From a virus, in the IMG/VR virus record IMGVR_UViG_3300009788_000003, positions 1-64,000 of that record: a stretch of 64,000 nt of DNA; one strand, given 5' to 3'. Below the pieces are notes generated by a model that had not been told where the DNA came from, made no database searches, and was given only the letters and a program-made list of their open reading frames with translations. This document shows positions 58,178-64,000 of this stretch, piece after piece; position 1 is the first letter of the stretch, and each line of letters begins with the position of its first letter. The position numbers and the translations under genes are program-made.

Positions 58178-59597
58178 CTCTTTTTTCCAACCACCAGAAC
58201 AATGCCGCAAGTGCAAACGCACCAATCCCGCAAATAACAAAAGCAACAGGAATTAGATAGTAGTCTGGGTTCATGATAATTTCTTTAGCCCCCAATCCGT
58301 TTTAATCTGATTGGTAAGATTCTTGACTGCGGCAATTCTTTGTTGATACTCAATCCGAACAACTCCAAGTTCCTTAGCCAAAACATTAAGGGCTTCCATT
58401 CGTGGGTCTTCCGTGAGCCTAGTGCAATCCGTACCACAAGATTTACACACAGGGGTATCTGGGAACCCATCATCTGTTTTCGGGTACTCCCGGTCTGAAC
58501 TAAAATCCCCACATTCGGGGCAATAGAATCTTTCTGCCATGTTATCCCCCAAGTTCCTTAATCCATTCTTTCTTCTTCACAATGGAGTTTTCAAGACAAA
58601 CAATAGTTTCGGAATCGCGCAGCGTCATATCATTCAATTCTTCCAACCTGCTTTGCAAGCGAATCAAATCAAGTTTGGCTTTGTCAAGTTTAGAAAATTC
58701 GGTTGTCATTTCTCTAGCCTTTGCTTTCTTTCCACTGTGTAAGTAGATTCCAGTTTGACAAGTATATGTCCTGATTCGTTAATCAGATTTTCAAACTGGT
58801 CATCTATATTCTCTAGGTCATCAGGAAGGGTTTCATACGCACCCACATATCGGGCTTTGGTACGGGCAACCCCAATACCAACTTCTACTAATGTATCTGC
58901 CTTATCAAGAACTGCCCACACTTCATCAGTCATATAGTTAGAAGTGGTGATGACTTCTTGGGTCTTCAGTAATTTTCCCACGGTTATACTCCTGTACTTT
59001 GGTCATTAAAAAATCTATTCGGTTCTGCTTCCAGACATCCCGATTATTATCACGGGGATTAATTAGCCGTATAAGAACATCAGCATCAATACGATCAGCA
59101 AATTGCTTTGCATGTATCTCTGCTGCTTCTTCAAAAATTTCTTCGTGTCGTTGTTTTTTTTTCACTGATTTAAGGATTGCCGCAATTAAGCGGCTACCTA
59201 TCCCCCATCCGAATTTCTCTGCCCACTTCATGAAGGTAAACCCAAAGCCCCCCGCATTTCTTTTCGGGCATCTTTTTTACCTGCTGCAACACCCCGATTA
59301 ACCATCTTCGCAAACTTTTCCAAATCTGCGTGATCGATAAAATTTAAAGGTGCGCTCCAAGTCGAATCGAACTGCCCATTAATCCAAAGTTCAAGATCGT
59401 AATCACCTTGATTGTTTCGCTTCGGATTGAATTTAATTTCACACGCACTCATGACAGTTCACGCTTTGCGGATTTGCGGCAAGCTTTGTTGGCAATACGC
59501 TTTTGTACAGGCTTGGCAGTTCTGCCCCAAGTACCTGCTTTGCGTCTGCCTAGTTTTTTAACGGTATTCGCGTTCATAAAACCTCCTAGTCAATATA

Positions 59598-59626
59598 ACC
59601 CTATACTATATAGAGATATTTGTCAA
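59598..59626 (-). promoter_or_regulatory. sigma70 promoter
   Basis: TTGACAAATA with a weak -10; AGGAGG downstream. Confidence 0.5.
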
Positions 59627-59902
59627 TCAGAATCTATCGATATTATCCTCAATAGATTTTTCAATTTGTTCATCGATGTCAGCCCACAAATCTTTGCTGT
59701 CGGCTATCTTGTGAAGCCACTTAGCTTCCCCCTTCTTAGGGTATCCATTGCGGTCTTTCAAATTGTATTCCATTTCAGTATAACCGTAACAGTCAACATC
59801 ACTATCAGCTTGCATTCCCTGCGGGGCAACGTGAATATAACTAGTCAGTTCTGCCAGAGCAGGAATACCATTTACATTAATTTTAAAAGTATCCATTGGT
59901 TA

Positions 59903-59932
59903 AGTATAACACACTATAGAATTATTTGTCAG
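59903..59932 (-). promoter_or_regulatory. sigma70 promoter
   Basis: CTGACA-N18-TATACT. Confidence 0.65.
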
Positions 59933-60363
59933 TTTATTTTTCGCATTCTGTAAACTTCTTTTACGGTCTTCCCGGCTTGTGGGGAAAAAGCAGTTGATAC
60001 TTTGTGCTTGCTGAAGGTGTCTATGAACAGCCCACCCTGCACGGCAACATAGTGACCAGTGACATACACCACATAAATTTCTGGGTCATCAACGTCAAGC
60101 CCATGCATGAATTCCTTCAACCGCATCTTCGGATTTTCCGCATGATGATAGGTGGTGAAAGATCGCCACCCTAATAACAAGAAAGCTTTTCGCAGTTCCC
60201 ACGGTTGCACCGAACAGACCCCCCGTGTATCGGGTCTAAGTTTTGCGCGATTGATTGCCGTGCGAATTACATCGAAGGTTTCCCCTGTGGTTGCTGCCAT
60301 TACATAAGGCCCACAATACCACTTGCCTTTTTCTCTCGCAGGGACGTTCATTAATTTATTCAT
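59929..60363 (-). CDS. papain/C39-like fold hypothetical protein
   Basis: YCGP...GHYVAV...D. Confidence 0.55.
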   Translation of the reverse strand: MNKLMNVPAREKGKWYCGPYVMAATTGETFDVIRTAINRAKLRPDTRGVCSVQPWELRKAFLLLGWRSFTTYHHAENPKMRLKEFMHGLDVDDPEIYVVYVTGHYVAVQGGLFIDTFSKHKVSTAFSPQAGKTVKEVYRMRKIN

Positions 60364-60371
60364 ATCGTGTC

Positions 60372-60617
60372 CTATGCTCTGAGTGCAACTTTCGCACTCT
60401 TGGTAATTCCAAAATTCTTCCCGCACTTGCGAAGTGCCTTCTTCGCTTTATTAGTGGGGTAGTCGATGACCGTGTATCGGGAATCAAGTCTGACCTTTCT
60501 GATTCGCATTCCTGAAGAGTCAGGATAGATGACCCCAATAAATTTATGACCGACACTGACCACTAAGCCAGTTCGATAACCTTCATCTTCATGAAGTCTT
60601 ATAACTGAGTCTTTCAT
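60372..60617 (-). CDS. hypothetical early protein
   Basis: first gene after promoter 60650-60678. Confidence 0.65.
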   Translation of the reverse strand: MKDSVIRLHEDEGYRTGLVVSVGHKFIGVIYPDSSGMRIRKVRLDSRYTVIDYPTNKAKKALRKCGKNFGITKSAKVALRA

Positions 60618-60649
60618 ATTCGTGTCTCGTATTTGTTTGCTGAATCATC

Positions 60650-60678
60650 ATTATACCACATCTAAATATATTTGTCAG
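60650..60678 (-). promoter_or_regulatory. sigma70 promoter
   Basis: CTGACA-N17-TATAAT with TG. Confidence 0.8.
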
Positions 60679-60764
60679 TTTTATTTTTTCGGGATTTCTC
60701 TGCAAACACCCAATCAGCCTGTCTATCAGCCCTAAAAATAATTGAAATTAATTTCATAAATCGC

Positions 60765-60792
60765 TTGACAAATAATACGTGTGTGCTATTAT
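60765..60792 (+). promoter_or_regulatory. sigma70 promoter driving the long structured RNA
   Basis: TTGACA-N16-TATTAT with TG extension. Confidence 0.8.
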
Positions 60793-60796
60793 TAAG

Positions 60797-61660
60797 GTGT
60801 AAGTTAAGTAATGTGAGATTGAAACGGGGAAGGTCAGAATCCTCATTCGCAAGAATCATCGACTGACCGGACTCACCCCCTGATAGGCAGGTGGGTACAT
60901 TGAACAGGAAGTTTAGTGGTCTCACACTACTTAATTTACCACGGAAGAACGAATCGCTCATAAGCCAATAGGAACGGACAAGGGTAACGGGAGTAACCCA
61001 GATTAATATTCCCACCAAATTTGTTTTAATGTACGAGAAGGGTTAGCAGGGTTCGATTCCCTGCCAGTGTCACGAAGCTTCACCAGACCGGGTTTACCGG
61101 GGAAGGGCATTGAGAGAGTATTTTGGTACGGCTCCTTCTATTTTTTTTGAAAGTTCTTAGGTACTGCTAGTACATCCCGTTTCGATCACGGGTGAGACCT
61201 TAAGACTCTCAGTTAATCGGCAACAGTCGAAGACGTTTGACACGAAGGTTGGAATCCTTCTGCTGAGAACTTTCAAAAAAATTTATGTCTTTGATGAACG
61301 GTTTTTGTCCTTGACTACTTTGGGGGGTTGAATATTGCCCTTGGAGCATGATACCTGAACGGATACGTTCTTGGGAATAGTTCCCGGCAATGCTAGACCA
61401 ATAGTGGTAGGTTCGAACCCGAAGACCGTTCTTCAAAGACTTAAAGCGGAGCTAGGGCATCAGGAATGGCTTAAGACTGAACTGATGTACGTGACTGTTC
61501 TGGGTTGACAGGTGCATTCTACCGAAATTGAATGACCGCAAACGGGATTGCAGGTTATCGTATAACCACTTTTCTAGACCCCTCGATTTAGAGCTTGCTT
61601 CAATCCGATGATGCACATCGAACAATACGTGCTAGGTGAAATGAGGCAAGTTCTTTTTTT
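60797..61660 (+). ncRNA. putative large multi-domain structured RNA (~860 nt)
   Basis: no credible ORF; four ~19-20-bp closing stems with G-U wobbles, internal hairpins and T-loops; ends in a stem plus U7. Confidence 0.75.
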
Positions 61661-61677
61661 ACACTAGGAGGTAATAC

Positions 61678-61866
61678 ATGAACGTGGAGATATCTGAATT
61701 CGGGGAAACCCGCGAAGTTGAGAACATCATTGAAATAAAGGTGACACCAACATTCTACGGGAATGGGGAATACAATTACACGCACGTTGCTTTGATTCAC
61801 GATAAAAGTTTAAAGCACGAACCTGTCCTACTTAGGAACAGCGAAGATTACGTGTCAATCCGATGA
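61678..61866 (+). CDS. hypothetical protein
   Basis: AGGAGG SD. Confidence 0.7.
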   Translation: MNVEISEFGETREVENIIEIKVTPTFYGNGEYNYTHVALIHDKSLKHEPVLLRNSEDYVSIR

Positions 61867-62153
61867 GCAAATTATTTGACCTTATCGAAGTAGCGAGAGC
61901 GTTGAAACCTGCTGAATGGGAACCCTGCAATAATTGCGGGTGGTGTTGCCTTACCGAAGTTTGCCCTACCGGAATTGAATTTGGTGGCACGGCAAGCATA
62001 CCCTGTAAATTTCTGGAATCAGAAGGTGATAAGCATTATTGCGGATTAGCGAAATTGAATATCCCGGTAATGAATGAACACCTGTCCATAGGTACAGGCT
62101 GTGATGCTCGTACCCAACAGGAACAACTTGCAAGTCTGGGATTCACGATATGA
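61863..62153 (+). CDS. CxxCxxCC (YkgJ-like) metal-cluster protein
   Basis: CNNCGWCC...C...C...C. Confidence 0.7.
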   Translation: MSKLFDLIEVARALKPAEWEPCNNCGWCCLTEVCPTGIEFGGTASIPCKFLESEGDKHYCGLAKLNIPVMNEHLSIGTGCDARTQQEQLASLGFTI

Positions 62154-62377
62154 AGACCTACCGTATTCAAGATTTCTTCACGGGTAGACCGATACCCACC
62201 GAACAATATTTTATGGATGTCCACCTGTTCGACACTCCCAAAACTATTGCCGCTGCAATCAACAATCTTCCCGGCCCGTGTATCAAGGTATCGGTTCGCC
62301 ACGATGTAGGCAGAAAAGGCAGACAGGAAGCGCGATTAGCAGGAATAAAATGTGGTGTTGAAATCGTTTTCACATAA
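62150..62377 (+). CDS. hypothetical protein
   Basis: ATGA-coupled. Confidence 0.55.
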   Translation: MKTYRIQDFFTGRPIPTEQYFMDVHLFDTPKTIAAAINNLPGPCIKVSVRHDVGRKGRQEARLAGIKCGVEIVFT

Positions 62378-62999
62378 TGTTCTTTTTGCGCGAAAATTTT
62401 TCACGGAAATAAGCTCTATACCGTCCCACCAACGCTTTACACTCCCCTAGTTCACGCCTCAATCTGCGGATTTCTTTCACATCCACCTTAGCTTGCTGCT
62501 TCGCCCTGATTAACACACTTAAATATGGGTCTGTCATAGACCGGATTATAACATCCGTTTTTTTGTGCGCGTAGGAAATCTGGCTATTATCTCATGTGAT
62601 ACTAAGATCAAACCAGACTAAGCCGAAAACGAGACCTGAAATATATATCAGAAAATTGAAATATATATAAGCCTCAAAAAACCTTAAAAATATCCAGAAA
62701 AACTATCCACAGGTGCTTTACCCGATTGATATTAATATCACCGACTAACTGAAAAAAAGTATATGGTATCCGAGACCGTTTAGGGACAAAAGAAAGAAAA
62801 AAGATTTGAAAATAATTTTCGATTCACTTAAATAATATTTTTTATATTTTAATAATAAAAATTATGGGTTCCTGTGGGGGGGTCTACAGGGGGGGTCTCT
62901 TATACGCCTAATATCTCGTACAATATACACAGCAGCACACCCCGCGCCCTTGACACCGCAGATTGTATGTGTGAAGTCAGCCCCCGGCCCACCCACGGA

Positions 63000-63028
63000 A
63001 GTATATCATATCCTTTATTATTTGTCAA
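63000..63028 (-). promoter_or_regulatory. sigma70 promoter
   Basis: TTGACA-N17-TATACT with TG. Confidence 0.7.
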
Positions 63029-63142
63029 GGCTATGTGTGTGACTTAGTTACTATATTTATTTGTCAAGATATGTTATCATACCGGGGCGGGTCAGGGGCT
63101 ATCCCTGCCCTTATATTATTTGATACTAAGTGCAATTAAGTG

Positions 63143-63171
63143 TTGACAAATAATAACTATTATGTTATCCT
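63143..63171 (+). promoter_or_regulatory. sigma70 promoter antisense to terL, with 18-bp box 6 nt upstream
   Basis: TTGACA-N17-TATCCT; box at 63119-63136. Confidence 0.65.
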
Positions 63172-63197
63172 TACCGGGTGGGTCAGAGGGTACGCCC

Positions 63198-64000
63198 CTA
63201 GTCCCATACTTGCTTCTCTGGTTCATCCACCGCGAAGTAGTTGGTAATCATGGGGCTTGGTTGTACCCCGAAGCTTGCCCATGTCCACCGTTGCATAGTA
63301 AGTCCATACACTACCCCCGCGAATGCATCAGCTAAGTCTTTAGTATTGAATGCGTTGTGATCGACCTTACCCTTGGATGTACGTTCTAGGTGTACTATCT
63401 CATTGCGTACATGGGCATCTTCAGGTGCAGTGATACGCTCTTGATTCAGCGCGTTCTTAAGGATGTCATACGGTAACGGGGTTCTATCCATTGACTGTAA
63501 GCCCGTCATGTATCCCTTACCCCGCAATATCTGTAGGCTATCCACTGACTGATATGAATCGAATGTAACCCAACGTATCAGTACACCCAACTCAGTCAGC
63601 TTATATAAGATCGTGCGTATCTTGGCAAAGTTAATCTCATCATTGATAGGTGGTGTCACACGCAGGAACCCATCAATCATTATGTGGGGCATCATACCCC
63701 CGTGTGAGTCTTCTTCCCCTTCAACGTGTATGAACTTGTCCACGTAACCTAAGCACACACCCGCCGCATCAGCAGTAAGACCTAGATCGATGTGTACAAA
63801 GCGTGGTCTGTGAGGCTGCTTAATAGCATCCTTGACTAACCCCACCTGAGTAACAACGAAATCACAATCAGGTCTGGTGAATATACTTTTGATCTTAGTA
63901 TCAAAGTTCTTGGATAGTATCTCCACGTTGGGGAAGTATGGGGCTTTAGCTACCGTGCTTACCCCGGCTATCTCCCGCAGGGCATTGTATATATCGTTTA
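63198..64000 (-). CDS. terL: terminase large subunit, C-terminal nuclease domain (5'-partial)
   Basis: HIDLG...D, TFDSYQS, KVDH.....KDLADA; frame open to the right edge. Confidence 0.85.
   Translation of the reverse strand, partial: NDIYNALREIAGVSTVAKAPYFPNVEILSKNFDTKIKSIFTRPDCDFVVTQVGLVKDAIKQPHRPRFVHIDLGLTADAAGVCLGYVDKFIHVEGEEDSHGGMMPHIMIDGFLRVTPPINDEINFAKIRTILYKLTELGVLIRWVTFDSYQSVDSLQILRGKGYMTGLQSMDRTPLPYDILKNALNQERITAPEDAHVRNEIVHLERTSKGKVDHNAFNTKDLADAFAGVVYGLTMQRWTWASFGVQPSPMITNYFAVDEPEKQVWD

Larger units (their letters stand above)
55929..59896 (-). other. array of ~15 small hypothetical early ORFs
   Basis: co-oriented, translationally coupled 60-110 aa ORFs, several with CxxC. Confidence 0.65.
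62378..63197. other. non-coding control region (candidate packaging site / origin)
   Basis: AT-rich A-tract block, GGGGGGGTCT repeats, divergent promoters, two 18-bp boxes. Confidence 0.5.

Noticed and set aside
1452-59953. Numerous plus-strand ORFs overlapping minus-strand genes
   Set aside because: Antisense shadow frames with no SD or recognisable motifs
61030-61075. tRNA gene suggested by GGTTCGATTCC
   Set aside because: No D-arm, anticodon arm or acceptor stem can be built around it; treated as a T-loop within the larger RNA
60662-61436. Minus-strand ORFs 60662-61018 and 61209-61436
   Set aside because: No SD, atypical composition, antisense to a strong promoter and overlapping the structured RNA
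60797-61660. CRISPR-like or anti-CRISPR repeat array
   Set aside because: Domains share architecture but no repeated primary sequence
1-64000. Prophage/lysogeny module or dZ/7-deazaguanine modification cluster
   Set aside because: No integrase, CI-like repressor, host genes, purZ or queuosine-pathway genes recognised in this window

Overview
A 64-kb segment of a lytic-looking siphovirus-type dsDNA phage. The host is probably a Gram-negative proteobacterium, given sigma70 promoters, two-component spanins and a YadA-type anchor. About 1.3-37.1 kb (minus strand) is the late region: PBSX-type portal, MuF-zeta-toxin fusion, XkdF protease, major capsid, head-tail genes, major tail, frameshifted tail chaperone, tape measure, tail tip, several fibres and a lysis cassette. 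About 37.2-60.6 kb (minus strand) holds early/middle genes: family A DNA polymerase, a PPDK-like phosphotransferase with a non-canonical C-terminus, two CX5R phosphatases, a CsrA-like protein, dCMP deaminase, dNMP kinase, SNase, an HD (p)ppGpp-hydrolase-like protein, a PLOD-like 2OG oxygenase and many small ORFs. A plus-strand promoter at 60.77 kb drives an ~860-nt non-coding, heavily base-paired multi-domain RNA with tRNA-like T-loops. The right end has an A-tract boundary suggestive of a packaging site, followed by the 3' part of terL. Three dispersed motifs were read from the sequence: an 18-bp TTTGAT-ACTAAG-ATCAAA box (13 copies), a GTTAGG-N6-TANNNT late-promoter candidate and a GAGATGAGA leader motif. 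No integrase, CRISPR array or complete tRNA was seen. All protein calls come from motif recognition by eye, not from database searches.
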